This document shows positions 1 through 10,889 of a stretch of 20,000 nucleotides of DNA, piece after piece. Position numbers and translations under genes: made by a program. The DNA is from Chiloscyllium plagiosum (taxonomy: Eukaryota). The DNA is taken from positions 4,701,219 to 4,721,218 of the forward strand of contig NC_057718.1 of the NCBI RefSeq assembly GCF_004010195.1, read 5' to 3'. Under the pieces are notes generated by a model, which did not search any database, had not been told where the DNA came from, and worked only from the letters and a program-made list of their open reading frames with translations. Each line of letters begins with the position of its first letter. Position 1 is the first letter of the stretch.

Positions 1-310
1 AGTGCTGTAGGGAGAGCAACTCATGGCAAGCTAATTACCCATTGAACATCTTGCTCTCAAAGAAATTAGAAAAACACTCTCTTTCAAAGGTACCTTTTCA
101 TGCGAAACATACTCACAGCAAAAAGAAAGAAGATGACCCAGGGAGATCATGAGCTGAAAGAGGGAAGACACAGAAGAAGACAGAGACTGTGTGGTTTTGA
201 AATTAAGTTGATGTAATTTTAATTAGTGCCTTATTGGAATAGTATATTGTGATGAAGTTGGAGGCAGGTAATAAGCAGTTATGAGAAAAGGGGACTTAGA
301 GTTGTCTAGG

Positions 311-357
311 TGGTACAGGTTCATAGCTCCTTGAAAGTGGGGTCTCAGGTAGACAGG
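311..357 (+). mobile_element. Tiny CR1/HER1-type LINE fragment
   Basis: GGTACAGGTTCATAGCTCCTTGAAAGTGGGGTCTCAGGTAGACAGG resembles 18944-18987 of the HER1-like copy in this window. Confidence 0.5.
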
Positions 358-1156
358 TGATTCAATTGATCAAATTACTAGGCTTCAGCAAAATACATTT
401 CATGCTTACACCACATTGAAAATAAAAACAAAAAGATGGCATAACTTTTTAATTCTGTTGAAATATTTCATAAAATAATATATTATGTAACTACTTCTCA
501 TCAGCTGTTTCACTCGTAGAAGTAGCCCATAAACATTATCTTGGCAAAAGCAAATTCAGTAAACAGTTCTATTTTCACATGAGGTCATCACACTCTAATC
601 CAGTGGAATGAAATACTGACAGAAACGGTTGAGTCCAGCAGCAGAGAGAGATCATGAGTTTTTCTGCAGCAGCAGAGGGAGAGCTGTATCTAGCAGCTTC
701 AACTCCAAAAGCACAACATCAACAACTGAAAGCAAAAGCTAAAAGCCTGGCTCCATCCATCCATGTTTCTTTCATCGAATTTTGCTTTTAAACCCCAAAG
801 CTATTTCTCCTGCTTTCCATGGAGCAGCCATCCCAGTACCAGCTTTACAACACCCCTCTTCAAGAGAAATAGCATGGAACAATTCACACTGAAAGGCACA
901 TTTCATCACCAGTTGCTAAGAAATCAATATCAATGTCTGTAGAGCAATGCATCATCCATTAACTGCTTCAGTAATCTGGCCAGTTTGGTTATTTCTCTTT
1001 TTTGATTTATCCCTTCACTGTTAATTTGTATCTGTTGTATGAATGGATCTCGAAACAAATGTTCTTGGGTTTAAATCGTAGACATCATGTCAGGAATCTA
1101 TTATTCTCAAAGTCTGGATTGACCATTCAAAAATTTGGACACTAAACCATTGTGGT

Positions 1157-1251
1157 TCCTGAAGAAAGGCTTATGCCCGAAACATCGATTCTCCTGCTCC
1201 TCGGATGCTGCCTGGCCTGCTGTGTTTTTCCAGCACCACATTTTTCAACAT
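1157..1251 (+). mobile_element. Short Penelope-like (PLE-derived) element with hammerhead-like core and flanking direct repeat
   Basis: CTGAAGA-A-AGGC-TTAT-GCCC-GAAAC-ATC at 1159-1186, followed by GATGCTGCCTGGCCTGCTGTGTTTTTCCAGC shared with other copies. TAAACCATTGTGGT is repeated at 1143-1156 and 1252-1265. Confidence 0.75.
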
Positions 1252-1529
1252 TAAACCATTGTGGTCAATTTTGAGGGTCTTTGAAGGTTGTAATTTTACT
1301 GTGCTGCAAATACAGATCTAGAAAGGCAGATTTGATTTGGCTGTCTGTCTGTCGTAAGAAAATAAGTGAAGGAAATAAAGTTTGAACTGTTTAGAAATAT
1401 TTAACATGATTGTCTAAGTTTAACAACATTGATAATGCCAGCAGATGTGCGAGATACAAGAATAATGCTCAATGATAATTCCTGATCTATCATGTGGTCT
1501 CAGTTAATAGGACAGTATCATATACAGAA

Positions 1530-1704
1530 ATGGAATCTCCAATGCCCCTGGTTTTAAATCCACTGGATGGGAAACTGTCAGTGCATCCACCTGCTGTGGA
1601 CTTGTTAAAGACCATTGATCAGCCTTTGGTGGTTATTGCTCTGATTGGGAAATATCGTACAGGAAAATCATATCTGCTGAACTATCTTGCTGGAAAAAGG
1701 AAAG
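1530..1704 (+). CDS. GBP: Guanylate-binding protein (GBP1-like large GTPase), first coding exon
   Basis: Translation [58 protein letters not shown](G) resembles the vertebrate GBP N-terminus (human GBP1 [31 protein letters not shown]), with the G1 P-loop. Strong donor AAAG|GTAAGT at 1704/1705, phase 1. ATG at 1530; the upstream acceptor is ambiguous (AG ending at 1503, 1510, 1515 or 1527). Confidence 0.93.
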
Positions 1705-2029
1705 GTAAGTGTTGGAATGTGAAAGAACGTCGACTCACTGTCTACTTTGGAAATGATTCTGACAGTGTGTATCGGGAGAACTGAGCACCGATGGAAGCTT
1801 GCTGATTGAAGATCGATTGTTTGAGCGATGATGGCCCAGCAACAAACAGGAGTAAGTTTTCATGAAGTAGAAATATCCAAATCAATGTGATCGGTGACAA
1901 TGGGGATCACTGACCATTGGTTGAGAAGTCTAGGAATATTTGTGAATATCTCCCATAAACATCATCACCCAATTAGAATAGATGTAAAAACACAGAATTA
2001 AAGCATTAATTCATAGGACATTGCATTGT

Positions 2030-3023
2030 GATAAGTGACACACCTAAAAATGAGGTGTCAAACTGTTGAAGTTATGAAACAGGACTCTTTCTGTGCTAAA
2101 TGGCATAGACAGCATGTGACAGACAGAGCACAGCGATCCCAAAACCAAAGGATCAGATCCAATCTCTGCAATCCTACCACAGTCAGTGTGCAATGGTGGT
2201 GGATAATTAAACAACTCACGAAAGGCAGAGACTACACAAAGACCCCCCACCCTTAATGATGGGGGAGCCCAGTTCCTCAGTCCAAAATATAAAAAGGCTT
2301 AAGCATTTGCAACAGTGTTCAGCAAGATATGCCAAGTGACTGAACCATTACAGCTTCCTTTGGAGCTCCCCAGCATCCCAGAAGCCAGTCTTCAGCCAAT
2401 TTGAATCACATCACATGATGTCAGGAAATGGCTGAAGGTACTGGATACTGCAAAGGCTATAGGCCCTGACAATATTCTAGCAGAACACATGAGCTGCAGA
2501 ATTTGTAACACACCTAGCCAAGCTGTTCCTGTACAGCTGCAGCACTAGAATCTGGCCAACAATGTGAGAACTTGCCCAGGTGTGTGCTGTGCATAAAAAG
2601 CAGGACAAATTCTACCTGGTTTCTCATAAATCTCCTCTCATCATCAGTAACATGATGGAAGGTGTCATCAACAGTGCTATCAAACAACACTAACTCAGCA
2701 ATAACGTGCTTAGCGATGCCCAGTTTGGGTTCTGCCAGGGTCACTCAGCTCCTGCCCTCATTAGAAAGCCTTGGTTCAAACATGGACAAAAGAGCTGAAT
2801 TCTAGAGGGGAGGTGAGTGTGGCATCAAGGAGTCAGAGCAAAACTGGAATCAATGGGTATCAGGAGGAAGGCAGTCTGCTGGTTAGAGTCATATCTGGCA
2901 TATAAGAAGATGGCTATGATTGAGGTCAGTCATTTGCAGAGATGTTGTGGAGCTGAGGAGTTCCTCAGTAGTGTCCTAGGCTCAACCATCTTCAGCTGCT
3001 TCATCAATGACCTTCCCTCCATC
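2030..3023 (+). mobile_element. Decayed CR1-clade LINE (family A), ORF2/RT region, part 1
   Basis: Broken translations WWWIIKQLT, LDTAKAIGPDNI, AQFGFCQG, WHQGVRAKLESMGIR...SVLGSTIFSCFINDLPS; many stops and frameshifts. Confidence 0.8.
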
Positions 3024-3950
3024 TCCCAGTAAGATGGAGGCAGAGTAGGGCTTTTTGAGCCCTGGGCTTGTCTTCTGTCTGTATTTCTTTTCATTTCTTC
3101 CACTTTTTTCTCACTCCTTTCTCCTTTTTCTCTTTAATTTTGCTTTATTTACCTCTTGGTGAAGAGCTTGGTCACGGTGATAGCAGTGAGTAGGCCCGGC
3201 AGCACAGACTCAAGTGGGCCCAGCTGTGTGTCCTCACAGCAGTGACATTGGAAATGAGTCTGGGTTGCCCGCAGCTTCTGCATTACTGAGGCGGCCCTAG
3301 TGCCGACTCAACATCAAGTTCATCTTCCCTTCATTTGGCGGCTTTGGGTGAGGAGAGAGGTTCTAGGAGGTTGCCGTAGCGGAGCATGTGATGTGGATCC
3401 AGCTGTTCCTTGTGGCTGCTTCAGCAGACGCTGAAGACAAGGTAACAATGGGCATGGGATTCCAGTGGTCCGCATTTTCCTTGAGGCTTCTGCAGCATCT
3501 TTGCAGCAGCATGGTTGGTCTGGCCTAGCCTGGGACTCCTTTAGGTGGCTTCAGTGGCTCTCTACGTTCGTGTGGGTCTGGGTCTCCACATGGAGATTTC
3601 AGTCGGTCTGTGACACTTTATTTTCACCATCGTGGAGATCTGGCCTGAGATTCCAATGAGGGATTGGGTCTGGCCAACCCAGACCAGGAAAATGGATGAA
3701 ACAGACTCTATCTTAAATTCTCTTTTTTCTATTTTTTTTCATTATTACATTTTCATGGAAGGATTGTTATTCTGCTATATCCTTACTTTTCTAATTTATT
3801 AGAATGATTTTGTAGTTTTGAAGGTGTGTAATGTGTTTTTTTTCCTAATAATGTGTCATGAAGGTTTTGTACCTAGGTACCTTTGTCCCTCAGATGGCAC
3901 CCCGTAAGTGGTGACTTTAAACTTTTCACTGCACTCAAAGCTAATTCAAT
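3024..3950 (+). mobile_element. Unclassified non-autonomous retroposon-like insertion interrupting LINE family A
   Basis: Splits the RT between FINDLPSI and the GMFxxxC segment. Starts AAGATGG and ends in a TTTTCACTGCAC...AATTCAATTC tail like LINE/SINE 3' ends. No meaningful ORF. Confidence 0.5.
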
Positions 3951-4243
3951 TCCATTCAGAAGAGGGGATGTTCACCAGTTATTGCTATTGTTCAGCACCA
4001 GTCATGACTCCTCAGAAACTGAAGCAGTCCATATTGAAATGCAGCCAGACCTGGAAAATATCCAGGCTCATGCTGAAAGGTGGCAAGTAACATTCACATG
4101 TCACAAATTCCAGGCAATGACCATCTCCACGAACAGACCATCTAACGAGTGCCCCTTGGTGTTCAATGTTGTTACCATCACCGAATCTCCCTCTGTTGAC
4201 CTTCTTTGGGTTTCTATTGACCAGAAGTTGAGTTGGATTCACT
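3951..4243 (+). mobile_element. CR1-clade LINE family A, part 2
   Basis: FSTSHDSSETEAVHIEMQPDLENIQAHAERWQVTFTCHKFQAMTIS...SIDQKLSW, the RT C-terminal continuation of 2030-3023. Confidence 0.8.
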
Positions 4244-4931
4244 TAATGACAGGAGACAGAGACAGAGACTGATGATGGAGGCCAGTGGTGTTCCCCAGGG
4301 ATCGGTACTGGATCTACTTGTTTGTCACTTGTATAAATGATTTAGATCAGATTACAGAAAGCATGGTTACTAAGTTTGCAGATAACACCAAAATTGGTGT
4401 TGTAATGGACAGAGATCTTGATCGTTTGGAACAATTGTCTGAGGATTGGTATATGGAGTTTAATTTGGGTAAATGCAAGGTTTTGCATTTTAATAGAACA
4501 TATAAATAAGGCGAAGACGTATGCAATTAATGACTGGGCATTGGGTACTGTTGTAGAACAGAGAGCCAGGGTTTGGGTACAAATTCATTGACATCTGCAT
4601 GGTATTTGAGAAAGTGGTTAAGAAGGTGTTTAACATACTTGCCTTCATTGCTCAATCTTTTGAGTATAGGAGTTGGGACATGTTGTTGAGGTTGTACAGG
4701 ATATTGGTGAGGTGTCCAGTTCTGGCCACCCTGTTATTGGAAGGCTTTTATTAACCTGGAGAGGATGCAGAAGAGATTTACCAGGATGCTGATGGGTATG
4801 GAGGGTTTGGCACTTTTCTCAGTGGAGCATAGGAGGTTGAGCGATGACCACATCGAGATTTATAAAACAATAAGCGGTATAGACAAGGTGAATGGCAGGT
4901 GTCTTTACCTAAGGGTGAGGCATTTCAAGAC
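4244..4931 (+). mobile_element. CR1/HER1-type LINE fragment (family B) nested in family A
   Basis: INDLD...KFADNTKIG...WYMEFNLGKCKVLHF and MQKRFTRML, homologous to 18549-19640. Confidence 0.85.
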
Positions 4932-5017
4932 TGGGTGGGTACAACTCCAACTACACTCAGGAAGATCCACACCATCCAGGACAAAGAAGCCCACTTGATT
5001 GGCACCACATCCATCAC
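4932..5017 (+). mobile_element. CR1-clade LINE family A, part 3
   Basis: Encodes GTTPTTLRKIHTIQDKEAHLIGTTS, matching GAAPTTLKKLDTIQDKVAHLTGTTST at 16050-16161 (-). Confidence 0.7.
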
Positions 5018-5302
5018 ATACAGGAGCAGAATTAGTCGAATTGGTTAATTGAGTAAACTTCACCATTCTATTGTGGCTATCATGTCTCCCTGTAACCTTT
5101 GATTCCCTTACTAATTAAGAACCTCATATGACCACTACTCACATGACAAGCCTTTCATCTGCAGGGTCATTCTTGTAAACCTCCTCTGGGCCTCCTCCAA
5201 AGCCAACATGTCCTACTTTAGATATGGGACCAAAAACTGTTCTCAATATTCAGAATGCGGTCTGACGACAGCCTTATACAGTTTCAGTGGACATCTCTGC
5301 TC

Positions 5303-5518
5303 ACAAACAAAAGGAGAAATTGCTGGAAAAACTCAACAGGGCTGGCAACATCATGGAGAGAAAACAGAGTTCACAGTTCAGATCTAGTGACCCTTCTTCA
5401 TAACTGGTTGTGAAATGTTAACTTTGTTTCCTCTCTATAAATGCTGCAGATCTGCTGAGTTTTTCCAATATTTTCTGGTTTTGATCCTGTTTCCAACATC
5501 TGCCTTTCTTTGGATTTT
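5303..5518. mobile_element. Inverted (hairpin) PLE-like element with degenerate hammerhead core on the - strand
   Basis: Arms TTGCTGGAAAAACTCAACAG...GAGAGAAAACAGAGTT and AACTTTGTTTCCTCTC...CTGCTGAGTTTTTCCAATA are imperfectly complementary. Minus-strand 5401-5373 reads ATGAAGA-A-GGGTC-ACTA-GATCT-GAAC. Confidence 0.65.
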
Positions 5519-6687
5519 CTTCTTTAGTATATCCCTGTCCTTGCGCTCTAGCCCTCTTGAAATGAATGCTAACACTACATTTGCCTTCCTAACCAGGAAC
5601 TGAACCTGCAGGTTAACCTTAACAGAAATTAGCATCGGACCCTAATTCTCTTGATGCATCAGATTTACAAACCCTTTCTCTGTTTGGAAAGTAAACTGTG
5701 CCTCTATTCTTCCAACCAAAGTACATAACCTCCCATTTTCCCGCATTGTATTTCATCTGTTACTTCTTTGCCCACTCTCCCAGTCTGACCAAGTCCTCCT
5801 GTAACTTCTCCACATCTTCAACATTAGCTGTCTCTCCACCTGTCTTTGTCATCTGCAAACACAGCAACAATGTCCTCCGTTCCTTCATCCAGATTGTTAA
5901 TGTATAATGTAAATAGTTGTGACACTGACCCCTGTGGAACTCCAGCAGTCACCGGCTGCCATGCTGACAAAGATCCCTTTATCCCATTCTCTGCCTCTGC
6001 CTCTTCCTTTATCTAACCTGCCCATTACCACCCCAAAGAATTGTAAACAGGTTGGTCAGGCATGATCTTCCCTTGATGAAGCCATGCTGACTCAGCCCTA
6101 TTTTCACACACACTATTCTACAATTTCATTCTTAATAACAGACTCTAAAATCTTACCAGCAAATATGGTCAGGCTAACCAGCCTATAATTTCCTGTCTTC
6201 TCTCTCCCTCCTTAAGCAGGAGCGTTACATCAGCTATTTTCCAATCCACTGGGTCCATCCAGTGATTCCTGAACGATCACCACCAATGCCTGTATAATCG
6301 CCTCAGCTTTTCCCTCCAGAATCCTGGGGTGTAGTTCATCTGGTCCAGGTGGTTTATTCACCTTCAGCCCTTTCAGCTTCCTCAGCACCTTCCCCTCAGC
6401 GATAGTCACCTCTGCTCTCCTGACTCTCTTGAAGTTCTGGTGTGTGGCAGACTATGTCTCTAGCTTCATTTCCCACTACCTTGCTTCTTGTACCTTTTTA
6501 TATATCTAAAAGAACACCTGCAATCTTACATTGTCAGCTATCCTACACTCATATTTAATCTTCTCCCTTGTTATTGCTTTTTTGGTTATCATCAGCTGGT
6601 TTTTAAAGGCTGCCCCATCTTTTAGCTTCCTACGAATCTTCATAACATTGTATGCCTTTTCTGTTGCTTTATTCTGTCTTTAGTGAT

Positions 6688-6892
6688 TGTAATGAGGTCA
6701 GCCAGCTGGACCTCAAAGAATATGAGTTCCCTGATTGAGGCTGTTAATCTGGTGAATAAAAGGGGTGAGTGTCAGAGACACTGATCCTCTGGTGCCTGTC
6801 TCTGTATGAGGTATTGTTTTAGTCAAGGACTGTTCATGTGTAACTAAAGGGTGACTTGGCAATGGGATACCAACCTCTGTGAAGTTAGTCCA
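6688..6892 (+). mobile_element. Probable solo LTR
   Basis: About 205-bp insert in the CR1 copy, TGTAAT...CA ends, internal AATAAA. No clean TSD. Confidence 0.45.
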
Positions 6893-7010
6893 CTGTCCCT
6901 GACATCCCTTGATAGCCATTGTTGCTTCATCCTCCCCTTAGTTTGTTTCTTCCTCCTTGGAATGAATTTCTGTTTTTCCTTCTAAATTACTCCCAGAAGC
7001 CTTGCCACTA

Positions 7011-7949
7011 CTTTTTCTTCTAATTTCAAACCTATACTTTATTCGTAAAACATATCTTTATATACATACATAGTCATGAACCCAGTTCAGTTCTGTATGT
7101 AAGGAATAAAACTAACATTGGAGTTTGACTCTATTCAAACAAACCAAAGGCATTTCTTATTTGATCCAGACTATATTTATATGCGTTGAGGCACTAGGGG
7201 GAGTCTGATAACTGAATGGACTCCCATGTACCTTCAGCAGGAAGACCTTAGACATTGGCCTTTCCCCACTGCTCCTTGGCAGCAGCTGCCCCAAGATTTA
7301 GTGCGTCCCTCAGCACGTACTCCTGGACCTTGGAATGTTCAGGGCCAACTCATTGCTTAGGAAGACCAACAAGTTACCGACAAACCAAAGGGCATCTTTC
7401 ACCAAGTTGATGGTCCTCCAGTTGATGCTTGTCTCGGCGTGCGCACAGTTCATTTTTATCAAGATGGATTATTTTTTGACCAGTAAAGGAATTAAGGGTG
7501 AGAGTGAGAGGGCGGGTAAGTGAAGCTGAGGCCATGAAAAGATCAGCCATGATCTTATTGAATGGTGGAGCGGGATCAAAGACCCAGTTGGCCTACTCCT
7601 GCTTCTGTTTCTTATATCCCTCTGAACAGACCTTAGAGCAGAGAGTCCCGTGTCACAGAGCTGCTCGGGATGAACCTTCACACCAACCAGTGCATCTTCC
7701 TCTAGACTTCCTTTACAAAGGTGCACTCCAGCAGGAGATGTGTGATAATCCACGAACCCCCACCCCCCACAGCCACTTTGAGGGCAACGTGTGGTGGTGC
7801 AGACTGACCAGGCGTATATGAAGGATCTGATGGCAGTGTCAGATCCACCAGCCAAGCAATGTCTTGTTGACAGGTGATACGGAATGGTCCAACTACTTGG
7901 GGCGTTCCATTTTAGTGAGGCTACTCCCATCCTTCGCAACACTGGGGAC
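7011..7949 (-). mobile_element. Older 3' fragment of a Tx1/L1-clade non-LTR retrotransposon
   Basis: SPVLRRMGVASLKWNAPSSWTIPYHLS and TTTRCPQSGCGG are homologous to the 7965-9850 element. Shares the 3' terminal TATACTTTATTC (7033-7044 vs 7975-7986), with a T-rich tail at about 7012-7027. Confidence 0.8.
7447..7617 (+). mobile_element. CR1-type LINE 3' end nested in the older Tx1 fragment
   Basis: GATCAGCCATGATCTTATTGAATGGTGGAGC...GGCCTACTCCTGCTTCTGTTTCTTAT is the reverse complement of the CR1 termini near 5018 and 16955. Confidence 0.75.
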
Positions 7950-7964
7950 ATCCCCTGAAGTATC

Positions 7965-9850
7965 TTTTTTTTTATATACTTTATTCATAAAATAATTTGA
8001 TGGTCTGTACAGTTGGTCATGCCATACATATGTAAACATGTACATACAGAGATCAGAATTTATCATTTTTATACAGGTCTGTACATTTTTCCAATCATAT
8101 GCCCATATAATTAGCTGAGGCGTCAGCAGAGCCCAAATGACTGCATGGGCCCCCTGTTCTTCTTTAGGCAGGCAGACTTTACAATAGTTCTGTTAATGTT
8201 AATGTTCAAGTTCCATGAGTTGTTGATCCTCCAGGCACAGTTGATGTTCGTCTCGGTGTGCGTCTCAGAGAACAGGCCGTAGAGCTCGGAGTCCCGTGTC
8301 ATGGCGCTGCTCGGGACGAACCTCGACAGACACCACTGCATTCCTCTCCAGACTTCTTCTGCATTGGCACATTCCAGAAGGAGGTGTGTGACCGTCTTGT
8401 CCCCCCCGCAGCCGCTTTGAGGGCAGCGTGTGGTGCGGCTGAGAGTCCTGGCGTCCATAAAGGATCTCACAGGCAGAGCCCTTCTCACCACCAGCCAAGC
8501 TGTCTTGGTGCTTGTTGGAAAGTTCTGGTGATGAGGCATTCTGCCAAATGGCTTTGACAGTCTGCTCAGGGAACCGCTCGATAGGATCCGCCCTCTCCTT
8601 TTCCCGAAGGGTCTCAAGGACACTACGTGCTGACCACTTCCAGATGGACTTGTGGTCCACGAAGGACAGGTGATACGAAACACTCCAACTACTCGGAGCG
8701 TTCCGCGGCAGCGAGGCCAGGCCCATCCTTCGCAACACCAGGGACAGGTAGAACCTCAGTACGTAGTGACACTTGGTGTTTGCGTACCGGGGATCCACGC
8801 ACAGCTTGATGCAGCCACACACAAACATGGCCATCAGGGTGAGGGTGGCATTGGGTGTATTTTTTCCCCCGTTGCCCAGATCTTTAGACAGCGAGTCCCT
8901 TTGGACCCGGTCCATCTTTGACCTCCATATAAACTGGAAGATGGCCCGGGTGACTGCAGCGGCACAGGTTCTGGGAATAGGCCAGACCTGTGCCACGTAT
9001 AATAGCAATGACAGTGCCTCACACCTGATGACCAGGTTTTTTCCCATGATGGAGAGTGACCGTAGCTTCCATCTACCCAGTTTCTGCCTCACTTTGCTGA
9101 TACGCTCCTCCCAAGACCCGACGCACGCCCCAGCCCCCCCGAACCAAATACCCAGCACCTTCAGGTGGTTGGTCCTGAAGGTGAAGGGGATCGAGGATTG
9201 GTCGGCCCAGTTCCTGAAGAGCATGGCCTCGCTCTTGCCTCGGTTTACCTTGGCCCCCGAGGCCCGTTCGAACTGGTCACATATGCACATGAGTCTGTGC
9301 ACAGATAGTGGATCCGAGCAGAAAACGGCGACATCATCCATGTACAGGGAGGCCTTAACCTGCAGGCCCCCGCTGCCAGGAATAGTCACCCCTCTCAGGC
9401 TCGCATCCTTCCTGATGGACTCGGCAAATGGCTCTATGCAGCACACAAACAAGGCAGGAGAGAGAGGGCAGCCCTGCCTGACTCCAGATCTGACTGGGAA
9501 GCTATCTGATTCCCACCCATTGATTGAGACTGCACTGACAATGTTGGTGTAGAGCAGTCTGATCCAATTGCAGATTCCCTCCCCAAAGCCCATTTTGGAA
9601 AGAACATCTCTCATGTACCTGTGTGATATCCTGTCAAAGGCTTTCTCCTGGTCCAGGCTGATCAGGCAGGTGTCCAACCCTCTGTCCTGCACGTAGGCGA
9701 TCGTATCCCTGAGGTGTGCGAGACTCTCAGCGATCTTCCTGCCGGGAAAACACAGGTTTGGTCGGGGTGAATCACCGACCCAGAGCAGACCTGACCCGGT
9801 TGGCGATTACCTTTGACAGAATTTTGTAATCCGCATTCAACAGTGAGAGT
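7965..9850 (-). mobile_element. 5'-truncated Tx1/L1-clade non-LTR retrotransposon with poly(A) and 15-bp TSD
   Basis: Perfect TSD ATCCCCTGAAGTATC at 7950-7964 and 9851-9865; A9 tail (T run 7965-7973); AATAAA at 7985-7980; RT and CCHC-type motifs. Confidence 0.93.
8214..9850 (-). pseudogene. Tx1-like ORF2: reverse transcriptase plus C-terminal Cys/His motif, frameshifted
   Basis: LSLLNADYKILSKVIANR (frameshift) IHPDQT (frameshift) LDQEKAFDRISH, SGVRQGCPLSPALF, LYMDDV, LKVLGIWF (ORF 8265-9692). After a further frameshift, CPQSGCGGDKTVTHLLLEC. Endonuclease absent. Confidence 0.9.
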
Positions 9851-9977
9851 ATCCCCTGAAGTATCCCCCTTTCTCCTCAAGTACCTTCAGTAGAAGCTAC
9901 CTTCATGAAGCAGGGCGAGTCGACTGGCACTGTCCCTGCACCTTCTTCACTGTCAGCCTGACTGTATTGTGGGTCTG

Positions 9978-10064
9978 GAAATGTGTTGCTGGAAAAGTGC
10001 AGCAGGTCGGGCAGCATCCAGGGAACAGGAGAATCGACGTTTCGGGCATAAGCCCTTCTTCAGG
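9978..10064 (-). mobile_element. Short PLE-like element, best-preserved copy
   Basis: The reverse complement aligns along its length with 1158-1245. Confidence 0.8.
10036..10063 (-). ncRNA. Minimal hammerhead ribozyme-like motif (PLE type)
   Basis: CUGAAGA-A-GGGC-UUAU-GCCC-GAAAC-GUC: both conserved core boxes, a 4-bp stem II, a palindromic ACGU at stem III and a GUC triplet. Activity is not demonstrated. Confidence 0.65.
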
Positions 10065-10889
10065 ACCCTGGTCTGAGAATCAGGCACTAGCCCAGGTTAT
10101 AGCTCTGGTTGGCTGCTCACTGAATGGGTGTTAGGCCAATATAGCAAAGTAAACACCAATTGCAACTCAGTTAAACTGACAATCCACCACGTTCTGCTCT
10201 CAATCACAATCCAGAAAATTTCAACTGGTCTTTTAGTTTGTAACCTGTAAACATTTCCCCTATTTTCCTTCAACCTGAATGTAACCAATAATAGTCCAAT
10301 TCGTTGCACACACCAAACCATAAGGTTTGTGATATGACTCTTTTGTGCTGTGCCCCTTATCCTGGGCTTCCATTTATCCCATTGGATTCTCCCATTCTCC
10401 GCCAAATTCCCCAAACTATATATTCACTCAGACTGTGTCTAGCTCAGGATGTGATCTCTCCTTCTTGACTGTGTGAAGCATTCCACTTGGACTTTGAGAA
10501 ATCAAATCCATTCACTCAGCCTCTTCCTGTCCCCCATTCTCACAAACTTTCTCCAACCAGGTCCCCACTGTCCCCATACTCAGAGGTTTCTTTGTCCTCT
10601 CTCTCTGAATCCCTGATTCAGTTTCTTCATCATAATATTTGTCATCTCCCTCCTGAAACTCCCTTTAAACTGTGGAAAATCATCAAGCTGAGAGTTAATC
10701 AAACAATTTCTTCACAGAACATTTTCACTCTCTTTAAAACCATTTCTAGATCACAATCTCTTCCACCATGATGTAATGTGCTCAAGGAACTAGAAAGACT
10801 CTCTACATGGAGATGAACTTTGCAAGTTCCTGAATAATGTGGGTAACCATGGGGGAAAGAAGGTGAGATTCTGAAAGTCAAGGCAATAA

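Larger units (their letters stand above)
5018..7010 (-). mobile_element. Decayed CR1-type LINE (3' end near 5018), interrupted by a PLE-like hairpin and an LTR-like insert
   Basis: Minus-strand RKANVVLAFISRGLE and GVPQGSV (5921-5943); collinear with the copies at 16955-18370 and 19799-20000. Confidence 0.8.

Noticed and set aside
1..1130. Possible LTR-like repeats or a GBP 5' non-coding exon/promoter
   Set aside because: No termini, TSD or splice pattern that I can support.
1494..1784. 96-aa ORF as a complete small protein
   Set aside because: Starts at GTG, and GBP homology ends exactly at the GTAAGT donor (1705); the remainder is intron read-through.
8773..9552. 259-aa + strand ORF
   Set aside because: Antisense shadow of the RT frame with no recognisable domain.
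8265..9692. 475-aa RT ORF as a retron, group II intron, DGR or domesticated gene
   Set aside because: Non-LTR motifs, poly(A), TSD, 5' truncation and frameshifts identify a dead retrotransposon copy in a vertebrate intron.
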